Source: an uncultured Methanosarcinales archaeon (GTDB lineage: Archaea; Nanobdellota; Nanobdellia; Woesearchaeales; GW2011-AR9). Taken from it: a stretch of DNA of 41,460 bases. A model generated the notes under the pieces. The model saw nothing but the letters and a program-made list of their open reading frames with translations, was not told the DNA's origin and did not search any database. Positions 8,979 through 18,250 of the stretch are shown piece after piece. The position numbers were made by a program, and so were the translations under genes. The DNA lies in NCBI GenBank assembly GCA_964405725.1, contig CAYOOY010000005.1, positions 2,636 through 44,095 on the forward strand, written 5' to 3'. Each line of letters starts with the position of its first letter. Within the stretch, counting starts at the first letter, position 1.

Positions 8979-9227
8979 ATGATTGAATTTGACATTTCTA
9001 AATGTAAAACAAAGGCTGGCTATTCAGCTAAATTGAAGAAAGGTCGTGTTCTTAATTTGAAAAAGATAATTGCAACATTTAATGTTCTTTTAGAAACACC
9101 CATATTGGTTGTGATTAAAGTTGATGATGTTGAAGTGATTGTTCACAAGCATGGCGAATTATATTTCAAGAATTGTTCTGACACGAATAAAATGAATAAG
9201 ATTTCCAAGGAAGTGTATGCATTGTAG
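8979..9227 (+). CDS. Hypothetical 82-aa protein
   Basis: ORF only. It occupies a gap with no competing ORF, and I recognise no motif. Confidence 0.35.
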   Translation: MIEFDISKCKTKAGYSAKLKKGRVLNLKKIIATFNVLLETPILVVIKVDDVEVIVHKHGELYFKNCSDTNKMNKISKEVYAL

Positions 9228-9355
9228 AAAAAGGGTCCCCTTAGATTATTGTGGGGTGTATTATTTAGATGATTTAGGGGTGTTTTTTGTACGATTGAAA
9301 AAGGGAGATATATTAATAAAAAAAGCAGAGTGTCTTCATGTGGGTGGTTTCCTAG

Positions 9356-10471
9356 TTATTGAATGTTGGATAATTGTTGGTACTCTTTTGCTTTCTCAGT
9401 TTCGCCGATTAATATTGCAATTTCTGAAGCAATTGTATGATTTGTCGTACGTCCATTTGTAAAACATCGTAACACTGGTTCTGCCATCTTTCGTGCTTGA
9501 TCCATCATTCCTGACTCAACGGCATATTTAATACCATCACGAGCATATTGGGTATGGGGATTCCTACGGCAAATATGTGCGTATACATTCACTGTCCTTT
9601 GTGCTTCTCCAAGTTCAAAATCTCTTGACCATTCTGCAATGTGGTGGGGCTCGATTCCTCCATCCAAATCATGGTAGGTCATACAACCCTCAGTTAACGC
9701 TGAATCAACCGCCCATTTATACAATCGAACAGCATCATCTTCTCTTCCCAATACATGGGCACGTTCGGCAGCATATTTGATTGCGTAGAATCGATGAAAA
9801 TCATCTGCCGTTTTTGCATGTTCTTCAGCAACCTGTAATGCCAAAAGAGGATCTCCCATTTCATCAGCAATTTTAACTCCTGCGCTACCCCCATATTGTA
9901 AATTAAGCAGCATTGGACGAGCCGAATCCCAAGAATCACGAGCTGAATCAATATCTCCTACTTTTTGGAAAAATCTAGCAGCTAGTACTGGGTCTCCAAC
10001 TTTTTGATAGGTATCAGCCATTACTACGTGAATGTATCCAGACGGAAATATGGCATCATCAACGCTTGATTCATTAGCTAATAAATTCATTAAATTGCCA
10101 ACTAATTGCCATTTTTGATCTAGGGTATCTCCCCAAGAATACATGCTCCAATTCGTTGGTTTAGGACCTTTATTAAGAGAACAAGCTAGTTTTACTACAT
10201 CATCTATTGCTCTATAAAATGTGGTTATGGCAATTTCTTTTTCACCCAAAATTTGCGCTTTTCGAGCTGAATGATATGTTATGATCTTATGTCTCCCATC
10301 CCATATCCATTTTCCCTTCCTTACACGAGATGAAAGATCAGAGAAATTTCTTATATCAACATCAACAGCATTTTTCACAATATCACGCTTGCGAGTGTCA
10401 CCCATTTCAAAAGCAACTCCGGCTGCATCCCATAACCTTCCCTGACTAATTAACTCTTCTATATCTTTCAT
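9356..10471 (-). CDS. Hypothetical soluble, probably helical-repeat protein
   Basis: Long ORF. I prefer the ATG at 10471 (MKDIEELISQGRL) over the TTG at 10492. TTTTATAAAT lies about 25 nt upstream. There are recurrent A/D/W-rich helix-like segments but no catalytic motif I recognise. Confidence 0.6.
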   Translation of the reverse strand: MKDIEELISQGRLWDAAGVAFEMGDTRKRDIVKNAVDVDIRNFSDLSSRVRKGKWIWDGRHKIITYHSARKAQILGEKEIAITTFYRAIDDVVKLACSLNKGPKPTNWSMYSWGDTLDQKWQLVGNLMNLLANESSVDDAIFPSGYIHVVMADTYQKVGDPVLAARFFQKVGDIDSARDSWDSARPMLLNLQYGGSAGVKIADEMGDPLLALQVAEEHAKTADDFHRFYAIKYAAERAHVLGREDDAVRLYKWAVDSALTEGCMTYHDLDGGIEPHHIAEWSRDFELGEAQRTVNVYAHICRRNPHTQYARDGIKYAVESGMMDQARKMAEPVLRCFTNGRTTNHTIASEIAILIGETEKAKEYQQLSNIQ

Positions 10472-10668
10472 ATACAAAAAAAAAACGCCCAATTTATAAA
10501 ATTTTCGTCTTTTTCAAGTAATAACTTGCAGATTAAAAAACCTCCGTTTATCTATCTTTTTCAATAACTAAACAATCCTCCTCCAGTAACTTGTTCTAAA
10601 CAAAGAGAGATTTATTCAAAAATAGACCTTTTATTTATTAGAATTAGGGCACGTGTGTTGTAAAAAAG

Positions 10669-10796
10669 CGCCCCCGGTCGGATTTTCTCATTATCATTCG
10701 AAACTGTTACCAAATAATAACATTTGAACCGACGATCCGATGGTATCTTTCCTTTAGGATAACAGCCATCTGCTCTAACCACTAAGCCACAGGGGC
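10669..10796 (-). tRNA. tRNA-Asn (anticodon GTT) carrying two introns: about 15 nt at the canonical 37/38 site and 40 nt in the T-loop
   Basis: The minus strand reads GCCCCTG TG GCTT AGTGGTTA GAGC A GATGG CTGTTA(T)[15 nt] CCATC GGATC GTCGG TTCAAAT [40 nt] CCGAC CGGGGGC G. All four stems pair (one G-U in the acceptor stem, one in the D stem). GG is in the D-loop, the T-loop is TTCAAAT, and the discriminator is G. No CCA is encoded. A T-run follows the 3' end (10661-10667). Confidence 0.85.
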
Positions 10797-10819
10797 GCAA
10801 TAAGAAATTTATCTAAATA

Positions 10820-10828
10820 TTTTATAAA
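10820..10828 (-). promoter_or_regulatory. TATA box of the tRNA-Asn gene
   Basis: TTTATAAAA on the minus strand is centred about 28 nt upstream of tRNA position 1 (10796). Confidence 0.55.
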
Positions 10829-10833
10829 CGTTT

Positions 10834-10932
10834 CTACTCTTTAACATCGCCCATTTCAGCGTACTCCTCATGAACTGGATGATCGTCAGATTTTCGTCTC
10901 TTTCTTTTGGATTTTGGTTTTACTTCATTCAT
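10834..10932 (-). CDS. Candidate 32-aa basic/acidic mini-protein
   Basis: My translation gives MNEVKPKSKRKRRKSDDHPVHEEYAEMGDVKE. Its ATG overlaps the TGA of the upstream 84-aa ORF in an ATGA arrangement (10929-10932). Confidence 0.25.
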   Translation of the reverse strand: MNEVKPKSKRKRRKSDDHPVHEEYAEMGDVKE

Positions 10933-11183
10933 TGCTTAGCATATTTTTTTTGCATTTTCTTATGATAAGAACAAAACACAATCCCTTTACTTGCTTTTCG
11001 AGAGCACCTAACACAAATTCCTGCTTTCTTTTTTTTCCAATAATCCGATCTTCTTTCATTATTAAGACGATCTTTATTTTGATGATAGAATTTTAAAAAA
11101 CGATTTGGATAATTTCCATTTTTGTATACCTTGCGCTCTTTTGTTTTTTTGGTCCTAATCTTGCGAAGTATTTTTCGTATCAT
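10929..11183 (-). CDS. Small, very basic Cys/His-containing protein, possibly a zinc ribbon
   Basis: 84 aa and Lys/Arg-rich, with CVRCSRKASKGIVFCSYH (a CxxC...CxxH pattern). Confidence 0.45.
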   Translation of the reverse strand: MIRKILRKIRTKKTKERKVYKNGNYPNRFLKFYHQNKDRLNNERRSDYWKKKKAGICVRCSRKASKGIVFCSYHKKMQKKYAKQ

Positions 11184-11263
11184 GTAATCCTCTTTTTTTG
11201 CACTTTTCTTTAAAGTAGGTACTTTCTTCTGCTATTTTAATCTTTTGGATTTTGATTAGTTTT

Positions 11264-11788
11264 ATGTCTTTGTTTCAAAAGAGACGACACAAATTATTTA
11301 AACGTACGAAATGTTCTTGCTTTATGGAAGAAGAGGTGTTATTGAATTTACGTCAAACACGTAAAGCATTTATTATTGAATATGGATGCGCGTTACTTAT
11401 AGCTGTTCTTTTATTTCTGATATACTTAACAAAGAATCCAATTATGATGATATATTACATTGGTTTCGTCTTGATTGCATTGTGTATAGCTTCAGCAGAA
11501 CTTCATAGAGCAATGACAAAATATACAATGATGGAAAGTAAGTTGGTAATTATGCATGGTATTTTTAAGCAAACCAAAAAAACAGTATATTTTCATCCTC
11601 TTGGTTTTGCAACTCACTTAAATGTGAAACAAACTCGCCTACAAAGATTACTAAAATATGGAACCATTTATCTTAAAGAAGGAACAGAAGGATTTCAGAT
11701 AAAAGATGTTAATAATCCTCACAAGGTTCTGGATAAAATTGAAGAAAGGGTAGAAGCAAACAAGCACCCTCATAAAAAGAAAAAATGA
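11264..11788 (+). CDS. Membrane protein with a bacterial-type PH (bPH_2/YdbS-like) domain
   Basis: Two TM helices (LLIAVLLFLIYL, IYYIGFVLIALCIASA) are followed by a segment typical of bPH_2: KLVIMHGIFKQTKKTVYFHPLG...IYLKEG. I prefer the ATG at 11264 over the TTG at 11252. Confidence 0.5.
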   Translation: MSLFQKRRHKLFKRTKCSCFMEEEVLLNLRQTRKAFIIEYGCALLIAVLLFLIYLTKNPIMMIYYIGFVLIALCIASAELHRAMTKYTMMESKLVIMHGIFKQTKKTVYFHPLGFATHLNVKQTRLQRLLKYGTIYLKEGTEGFQIKDVNNPHKVLDKIEERVEANKHPHKKKK

Positions 11789-12249
11789 GTGAAATTAGAT
11801 TTTTTTGATTCGAATTCTTTCATTAAATCACCGCCATCCATTTCAAGTGAATATGTGATATTGTCAAGTTTTTTAGATGCTATAAATGAAATAAATTTTT
11901 TCTTCTTTTTAGTATCCCATTTATCAAATGCATGTGCAGTTTCACACAAATAATTAACATCGCAATGGTTCTCACGTAAATCATCCTCCTTATGCCGATC
12001 TGGATGCAGTGGACAAATCATACACCCGCTATCATTAACTAAATTTCGACAAACACCAGATCGCAAATCATGAGATTTTCGTCGGTCTCTGAATTTTTTA
12101 AATTCTTCAATTGTTTTTGGATTCGCGTTTTTATATTCCAATGAGTTTTTATGCACTGCTTGCTTGATTGCTTGTTTTGATACAAATGTGTTGCCGCAGC
12201 ACCCCATGCAACCGCCATTTAATTGACATAAAATACTAGAAGTGCTCAT
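11770..12249 (-). CDS. Cys-rich putative zinc/iron-chelating protein (YkgJ/UPF0153-like)
   Basis: CQLNGGCMGCCGN near the N-terminus and a second cluster CRNLVNDSGCMICPLHP. The start overlaps the rdgB stop (TAATG). Confidence 0.45.
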   Translation of the reverse strand: MSTSSILCQLNGGCMGCCGNTFVSKQAIKQAVHKNSLEYKNANPKTIEEFKKFRDRRKSHDLRSGVCRNLVNDSGCMICPLHPDRHKEDDLRENHCDVNYLCETAHAFDKWDTKKKKKFISFIASKKLDNITYSLEMDGGDLMKEFESKKSNFTHFFFL

Positions 12250-12788
12250 TAGTGTTTCTCCAAAAAGGCGTTTAATTTTTCCATCGCCTTATTTCGATGA
12301 CTTATTTTGTTTTTTTCGTTTAATGGCATTTTAGCAAAGCATACATCACAGCCAACTGGTGTAAATATTGGATCCCAACCAAATCCACCACCACCAGAAG
12401 GTTTAGTTATTGTGCCATCTAATTCACCTTCAAAAAAATGAGTGTGATTACCATCTGAATATCCAATAACTGTTTTTGCGATAGCTTTTTGAGAAGGGTA
12501 TTTTTGCAATAGATTATAGATCCCTTCTGCGCTAAGAGATCCAAGGAAAAATTTGATTAACGGACCAGGAAAACCATTTAATGCTTCAAAGTACAACGAA
12601 GTATCCTCACAAAAAAATTCTTTTCCAGGATTTAATTTGCATGCTTCTTCTAATTTGGCTTTAATGATCTCATGTGGATCCATTGATTGTATTTCTACCA
12701 GATCTGCTTTATACTGTGTGATGTGAGGAATTATTAATTGTGCTTCCTCAAATTTGTGTTTGTTTCCGGTAATGAAATATAGAGTCAT
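12249..12788 (-). CDS. rdgB: Non-canonical purine NTP pyrophosphatase (HAM1/RdgB family)
   Basis: Family motifs are present: YFITGNKHKFEE, GFPGPLIKFF, GFGWDPIF, SHRNKA. Confidence 0.85.
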   Translation of the reverse strand: MTLYFITGNKHKFEEAQLIIPHITQYKADLVEIQSMDPHEIIKAKLEEACKLNPGKEFFCEDTSLYFEALNGFPGPLIKFFLGSLSAEGIYNLLQKYPSQKAIAKTVIGYSDGNHTHFFEGELDGTITKPSGGGGFGWDPIFTPVGCDVCFAKMPLNEKNKISHRNKAMEKLNAFLEKH

Positions 12789-12822
12789 GGTAGTGCAAAG
12801 AAAGAATGAGATTTATAAAAGT

Positions 12823-14205
12823 TTACAGAGAAATGTACTGGTTTCGTTTTGGTCCAACACCAATTCCTTTTATTGGAACACCTACATAATCACTAATGAA
12901 TTGTATTAGTTCCTTAGCTTCGCCTGGTAACTTTTTACCATCTCTTATCTTAGAGATATCATGAGGAAGATGAGGAAAATATTCAATCACAGGTTTTGCT
13001 TCATAAAGAGTTGAAGTACTTGATGGCATTTTATCTGTACTGATTCCATTTACCTTGTACGCTACAACCATTGGAATACCGGGCAGTGATGTTTGTGAAT
13101 AATCGAAAAGGCAATCAAATTTTGTTACATATAATTCGTCTACCCCATTTAAGTCAATCATATGTTTTAATTGTACTAAATCAAAACTTCCTATACGACG
13201 AGGTCTTTTGGTGGTGGCGCCATATTCATCGCGCAGCATACGTAAACCAACACCTACATTAAATAGATCTTCTGATTGAAGCATTGATTTTCTATCAAAC
13301 ATTTTTTGCTCAACTTCTTTTTTGTGTTTATATCCCCCCTCAGCCATGCAATGTTCTTCTGATTTTCGTCCCCCAAATTCACTTACAAATGGACCCCACC
13401 CTACACGAGACATAATTGCTTTGCCAACCCCAAACGTTTTTGTATGGTATTTGACTGGTAAATCACCACCAACATACGCATTCGCAGCAATAGGTCTTGA
13501 AGACGTAACAAAAGGAGCAGTTCCATGCGTTTTATCAATTGCACATCCATTCGCAGATTCAAAGAAAACGTCTTTTCCAGATTTTACTTCATGAAGAAGA
13601 AAAAGGGGATCACACATGAATTGCTCCAATCTTCTAGCAGCTGCATCAAAATTTGTAGCGACTTGAGAAACGTTAACACTTAGTTTATATTTTTGAACAA
13701 CGTCTTCTAAATTATCACGCATTGAATCAAAGTAACTTGGATCAGAAAGATATCCTGCAAGTTGAATGTTTTTAATTCGATCACCAACCATACGTGTTGC
13801 TTGATCTGCATAGCAAGGTCCTCCGCCTTTTCCAGTAGTTCCTACTCCTTTTCCATGAATACCATCAAGAAAAAGATGGTGTGGTTGAATAAGAGAAGTT
13901 TTTGGATGCATGAATAATCGATCGCGTACATTAATTCCTATACGTTCAATTCCTTCAACTTCTTCATAAAATGAGTCTGGGTTTACAACACATCCTGTTC
14001 CAACATAAAGACCAGCTTTGTGTTTTATGCCAGATGGAACAGCATGTGTGATTATGTGAAAATCCCCTACTTCTAAATGATGGCCTGCATTATCAAAACC
14101 ATTATATCGGGCCCAATAATCAGCGTCAACTACTTTATCAAAAATTCGAATTTTGCCTTCGTCTCCATATTGAAGACCAACGCCAACAGTAGATTTTCCG
14201 TGCAT
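12823..14205 (-). CDS. purA: Adenylosuccinate synthetase, divergent and long form
   Basis: GLQYGDEGKIR (P-loop-like GDEGKGK region), NAGHH, PSGI and GTTGKGGGPCYADQ match PurA signature regions. Confidence 0.8.
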   Translation of the reverse strand: MHGKSTVGVGLQYGDEGKIRIFDKVVDADYWARYNGFDNAGHHLEVGDFHIITHAVPSGIKHKAGLYVGTGCVVNPDSFYEEVEGIERIGINVRDRLFMHPKTSLIQPHHLFLDGIHGKGVGTTGKGGGPCYADQATRMVGDRIKNIQLAGYLSDPSYFDSMRDNLEDVVQKYKLSVNVSQVATNFDAAARRLEQFMCDPLFLLHEVKSGKDVFFESANGCAIDKTHGTAPFVTSSRPIAANAYVGGDLPVKYHTKTFGVGKAIMSRVGWGPFVSEFGGRKSEEHCMAEGGYKHKKEVEQKMFDRKSMLQSEDLFNVGVGLRMLRDEYGATTKRPRRIGSFDLVQLKHMIDLNGVDELYVTKFDCLFDYSQTSLPGIPMVVAYKVNGISTDKMPSSTSTLYEAKPVIEYFPHLPHDISKIRDGKKLPGEAKELIQFISDYVGVPIKGIGVGPKRNQYISL

Positions 14206-14268
14206 ACTTATTTGGTTTTCACGCGTATTAAATACTATTTCGCTTATAGAATATGATTACTAGAAACA

Positions 14269-15963
14269 CTACATTTCTTTTGGTGCTGTAATTCCAAGCA
14301 AATTAAGACCATTCTCAAGTACTTGACGTACACAATCAACAAGTAATAAACGAGCTTTAGAAAGGTTTTGGTCATCTGAAATAACTTTATGCTTATGATA
14401 GAATTCATTAAAAAGTTGTGCTAGAGAAATTAGGTAATTTGCAACATGGTGTGGTTTGTAACTTTTTTCTGCACTTTCAACAGCTTGTGAAAAAATATAG
14501 AGTTGTGTAATTAGTGCACGTTCTTCATTTGAAGTGAATAAAGAAAAATTGATATGGTCTCGAAGCGTATGATTTGATTTTCGTAAAATTGAGCAAGCAC
14601 GTGCATGTGTATATTGAACATACGGTCCAGTTTCTCCTTCAAAGCTGATTGATTCTTCAGGATCAAACGTCATCTCGCGATGCGGGTCAGATTTTATCAT
14701 AAAAAATTTCAACGCAGCAAGAGCAATAATTTCTGATCTTTCATCAAGTTCTTCTTTAGATAACGTATGTCTTGCTTCAATGGCCTTTCTTGCTACACTG
14801 GCTAATTCATCCATCATATCATCTGCATCAACAACTGTTCCTTCTCGCGATTTCATTCTTCCGTGTGGAAGTTTTACCATCCCATAACTTAGATGGTACA
14901 AATTATGTGCATGAGGAAATTCTATTTTTGCAAGAATCGCAAAAAGTTGTTTGAAGTGCATATTTTGTTCACTACCAACTACATAAACCATAGAATCAAA
15001 TTTGAAATCGTTAAATCGTAAATGTGCCAAATACATGTCTTGCGTCATATAAATTGTTGTCCCATTAGATCTAATAAGAACTTTATTTGGTAACTTAACA
15101 TCTTCAAGAGGTGCAATAATTGCTCCCGTTTCATCTTTTTCAAATACACCATCACGTACCCCTTGATCAACTAATTCTTTTCCACGTGTGTAGAAATCAC
15201 TCTCAAAGTATTCTTTTTCAAATGCAATACCAAATCGTTTGAATGTTTGATTAAATCCATTTACCACCCATGAATTCATTTTTTTCCACAATGCACGAAC
15301 TTCTGGATCGTTTTGTTCCCATTTCAAAAGCATTTCTTGAATGTCTTTTTCCAAACCAGGATCTTCTTTTGCATGTGTTGAGTACAGAACATAAAAATCC
15401 CCTACGAAATGATCTGTTTTTTTGTTGGGTTGTTTGTTATTTCCCCATTTTTGATATGCAAGCATTGATTTACATATATGAACTCCTCTATCATTGATAA
15501 CTTCAACAGGATGTACTTCATGGCCATAAAATTGAGCTATGCGACACACTGCATTTCCAATTGCCATATTACGTAAATGACCTAAGTGAAGAGGTTTGTT
15601 GGTATTAGGTGAGCAATATTCTACTACTACTTTCTTTTTTTTGGAAGCTTGGTTTGCACCATATGTTTTAGCCAACTTGTAAATACTGCCAAGTGTTTCT
15701 TTGGCAAGTAGTGTTTGATCAATAAAAAAATTAAGATACGGTCCAACTACTTTAATTTCGTGGATGAAATCTGGTTTATTTGTAGATATTTTTTTTTGTA
15801 AATCTTTAGCAGCCTCAACAGGATTTTTTCCTAACTTAAAACAAGGAAAGGCATAATCACCCATTTTTTGGGCTGGTGGAACTTCAATAAGCGTAATGAT
15901 TTCATCATATGATTGAGAAGTATGTTGTTTAAGTAGTTCAGCAATTTTATCAATAAAAGTCAT
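14269..15963 (-). CDS. argS: Arginine--tRNA ligase
   Basis: 564 aa with a class I HIGH-type motif (SPNTNKPLHLGHLRN), an MKSREG (KMSKS-like) motif and a C-terminal anticodon-binding (DALR-like) helical region ending in M. Confidence 0.9.
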   Translation of the reverse strand: MTFIDKIAELLKQHTSQSYDEIITLIEVPPAQKMGDYAFPCFKLGKNPVEAAKDLQKKISTNKPDFIHEIKVVGPYLNFFIDQTLLAKETLGSIYKLAKTYGANQASKKKKVVVEYCSPNTNKPLHLGHLRNMAIGNAVCRIAQFYGHEVHPVEVINDRGVHICKSMLAYQKWGNNKQPNKKTDHFVGDFYVLYSTHAKEDPGLEKDIQEMLLKWEQNDPEVRALWKKMNSWVVNGFNQTFKRFGIAFEKEYFESDFYTRGKELVDQGVRDGVFEKDETGAIIAPLEDVKLPNKVLIRSNGTTIYMTQDMYLAHLRFNDFKFDSMVYVVGSEQNMHFKQLFAILAKIEFPHAHNLYHLSYGMVKLPHGRMKSREGTVVDADDMMDELASVARKAIEARHTLSKEELDERSEIIALAALKFFMIKSDPHREMTFDPEESISFEGETGPYVQYTHARACSILRKSNHTLRDHINFSLFTSNEERALITQLYIFSQAVESAEKSYKPHHVANYLISLAQLFNEFYHKHKVISDDQNLSKARLLLVDCVRQVLENGLNLLGITAPKEM

Positions 15964-15976
15964 CGTGTATGAGCAA

Positions 15977-16669
15977 TCAACAGGTTTTTATTAATGTTTC
16001 TAGCTTGTTGATAGAGTCTGTGATGAATAAAGAGACATTGTCTATTATTGGTTTATTATGACCACCAAAAATCATTAAGGGATTTAAGTCATGTATAGAT
16101 TTAAGAGAATGAACATAATCAGAAATATTAGAATCATTGAAGTTATATAATAAAGTTCCAGGATATATTAGATCTCCACTAAATAGGATTTTATTATGTT
16201 CGTCCCAAAGACAAATACTTGAGCTATCATGACCTGGTGTATTGATAACTTTCAAAGAAATATTTCCAAGATCAATATTTGAATGATTTTCAAGATGTGT
16301 GAATTTTGATTCAATAATTGTAAAATTATTTTTAACTAATTCAAATTGAGATGAATTTGTGAAATCTCTTTTATGAAAATAAGCTAATCCAGTATCATTC
16401 ATACCTATATTATGGGTATTTGCAAAAATTATTTCAAATTGATTGTGACCACCAAAGTGATCAAAATGAAAATGAGTTAATACGGCAACTATTGGCACAG
16501 TAATATCTAATTGAGAAAAAAGAGAAGAAAAATCAATTAAACCAATACCAAGATCTAAAAGTACTGCTTTTGTATCTCCAATGATCAAATAACAGTTACA
16601 GTGCTCTTTATATGAAATCTCTTTTATGCAATATACGTGTTCATATACTTTTGAAATTGTAAAATTCAT
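15977..16669 (-). CDS. Metallo-beta-lactamase-fold hydrolase
   Basis: HxHxDH motif LTHFHFDHFGGH, with later GHD and GGHN ligand positions. Confidence 0.8.
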   Translation of the reverse strand: MNFTISKVYEHVYCIKEISYKEHCNCYLIIGDTKAVLLDLGIGLIDFSSLFSQLDITVPIVAVLTHFHFDHFGGHNQFEIIFANTHNIGMNDTGLAYFHKRDFTNSSQFELVKNNFTIIESKFTHLENHSNIDLGNISLKVINTPGHDSSSICLWDEHNKILFSGDLIYPGTLLYNFNDSNISDYVHSLKSIHDLNPLMIFGGHNKPIIDNVSLFITDSINKLETLIKTC

Positions 16670-17364
16670 AATTTATAGATGGCTAAAAAACCATAGTTAC
16701 AACTTTCAGGATCATCCATAGCATTAGGAATTACCGATACTGCCTTTGCACCATTTCGGACATGAAATCTAGCACCATAATCGTAAGGAAGATTCGTACC
16801 AGGTTTTGTTTTTAAAAGATGCTTTTCTGCCTCATGAATAGTTGGATTTGTGTATTTTTCATGTAATTGAGGTAATCTTCCATAACCTAACACAAATTTG
16901 GCACCGGATTCTTTTGCTTGATTTAATGTGTATGCAATTAATGTATTTACAAATCCATTTCCTTTAAGCTGTTCATCAACCCCCACGCCTATTAGAAAAA
17001 CACAATTTGAATCAGTGTCATGAATTTTGTTTTCTCCATAAATAAACCCATCATTAGTTGCACTATACCAATCCTTTGGCAGTCCATATTCATGTAGGAT
17101 ATTTGCCCATGATAGAAGCCCATTCTGATCAAATTGATGTTGCAAAATATCAAGAGTCGAAGGGATTGTGAATGCTGGTTTATGATAGCTAATTACTCCA
17201 GCTGGTTGGCTATTGTGATAAAGTAAATTTATCCATCCTAATTCAATTCTATTCATGAATTTTTGTTTCTCTGCAACCATTCCCTCTCCAATATCTGGCC
17301 ACGCGTTTTGTTCAACGAGGAGTACTTCCTCTAAATTATTCATTTTTGGTTGTATTATGTTCAT
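16666..17364 (-). CDS. GNAT-family N-acetyltransferase-like protein
   Basis: Motif A-like GVGVDEQLKGNGFVNTLIAY. I prefer the ATG at 17364 (MNIIQPK), which has GGTGA 5 nt upstream, over the track start at 17436. There is a 4-nt overlap with the MBL gene. Confidence 0.5.
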   Translation of the reverse strand: MNIIQPKMNNLEEVLLVEQNAWPDIGEGMVAEKQKFMNRIELGWINLLYHNSQPAGVISYHKPAFTIPSTLDILQHQFDQNGLLSWANILHEYGLPKDWYSATNDGFIYGENKIHDTDSNCVFLIGVGVDEQLKGNGFVNTLIAYTLNQAKESGAKFVLGYGRLPQLHEKYTNPTIHEAEKHLLKTKPGTNLPYDYGARFHVRNGAKAVSVIPNAMDDPESCNYGFLAIYKL

Positions 17365-17499
17365 GTTAATCACCAAATAATTAACAGAGTAGGTAATAAA
17401 AATAAATGATGAACGAGAGGAAACATAAAAGAACAAATATGTTTTAAATAAAACACTACAGTAAAATTAATAAAGAATGTTATTAAATAACGATATAAA

Positions 17500-18159
17500 A
17501 TGAAAAAAGAAAAAAACCAAAAGGGCACAAGCACAGCAAAAAGAGTTCAACAGTATATTAAGGATCATCCTTATATCAAGCACTGTTTAAAGAACGGCCT
17601 TCTAAATTATTCTGCATTATCTCGCAAAATATCAAAAGAACTTAATATTACTAATAAAACTTCAATTGAAGCAATTCTTGTAGCAGCAAGACGATATGAA
17701 CATTCCCTTAGTAAAGAGATAGATAATGACAAAAATATCAAAAATATCTTAGCTCACTCAGAATATCAAATTAAGAATAAGATTGTTGTATATATTCTAA
17801 GAAAGCCCATTGATATTAAACTGATGGGACAATTTCGGAAAAAAATAGAACAAGATACAGGTACCATATATGTTATTGAAGGAGTAAAAAACTATACATT
17901 GATCACACAGGAGATGTATAGTGAACTTGTTAAACAAAAATTCAAAAATATAATTGTTCATAAAAATACAAACCAGGTACTCATTTCATTTACATCATCA
18001 AAAAATATTGAAAATGTTCCTGGATGTGTCGCATTTCTAACTAGTTTATTCGCTGAAAATGGAGTTAATATTACTGAATGTTTATCCTGTTGGACAGATA
18101 CTTTATTTGTAATTCATGCTGATGATGTGAGTAGAGCAATAGGTTTTTTAACACTTTGA
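17500..18159 (+). CDS. HTH plus ACT-domain protein (archaeal-type putative amino-acid-binding regulator)
   Basis: N-terminal HTH-like GLLNYSALSRKISKELNIT and a C-terminal ACT-like NVPGCVAFLTSLFAENGVNITE...LFVIHADD. Confidence 0.5.
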   Translation: MKKEKNQKGTSTAKRVQQYIKDHPYIKHCLKNGLLNYSALSRKISKELNITNKTSIEAILVAARRYEHSLSKEIDNDKNIKNILAHSEYQIKNKIVVYILRKPIDIKLMGQFRKKIEQDTGTIYVIEGVKNYTLITQEMYSELVKQKFKNIIVHKNTNQVLISFTSSKNIENVPGCVAFLTSLFAENGVNITECLSCWTDTLFVIHADDVSRAIGFLTL

Positions 18160-18250
18160 TTGAGTAAGAGTTAAAAGAAAATAGTATTATTGAAACTACC
18201 ACACAGACACAGCAAATGTTTATATTCTAGAATTCGTAAGATATATTTTT

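Noticed and set aside
9217-9462. 81-aa plus-strand ORF in the track
   Set aside because: Half of it is antisense to the 3' end of the well-supported 378-aa gene, and the rest covers a repeat- and T-run-containing spacer. It has no SD or TATA and a hydrophobic, junk-like composition.
10682-10721. A T-loop-like GTTTCGAAT inside the 40-nt insert, considered as a sign of a second or split tRNA
   Set aside because: No acceptor or anticodon arms can be built around it. It is better explained as the loop region of the intron hairpin.
10612-10800. 62-aa ORF in the track on the minus strand
   Set aside because: It coincides almost exactly with the intron-containing tRNA-Asn gene. The tRNA fold explains the sequence, so the ORF is spurious.
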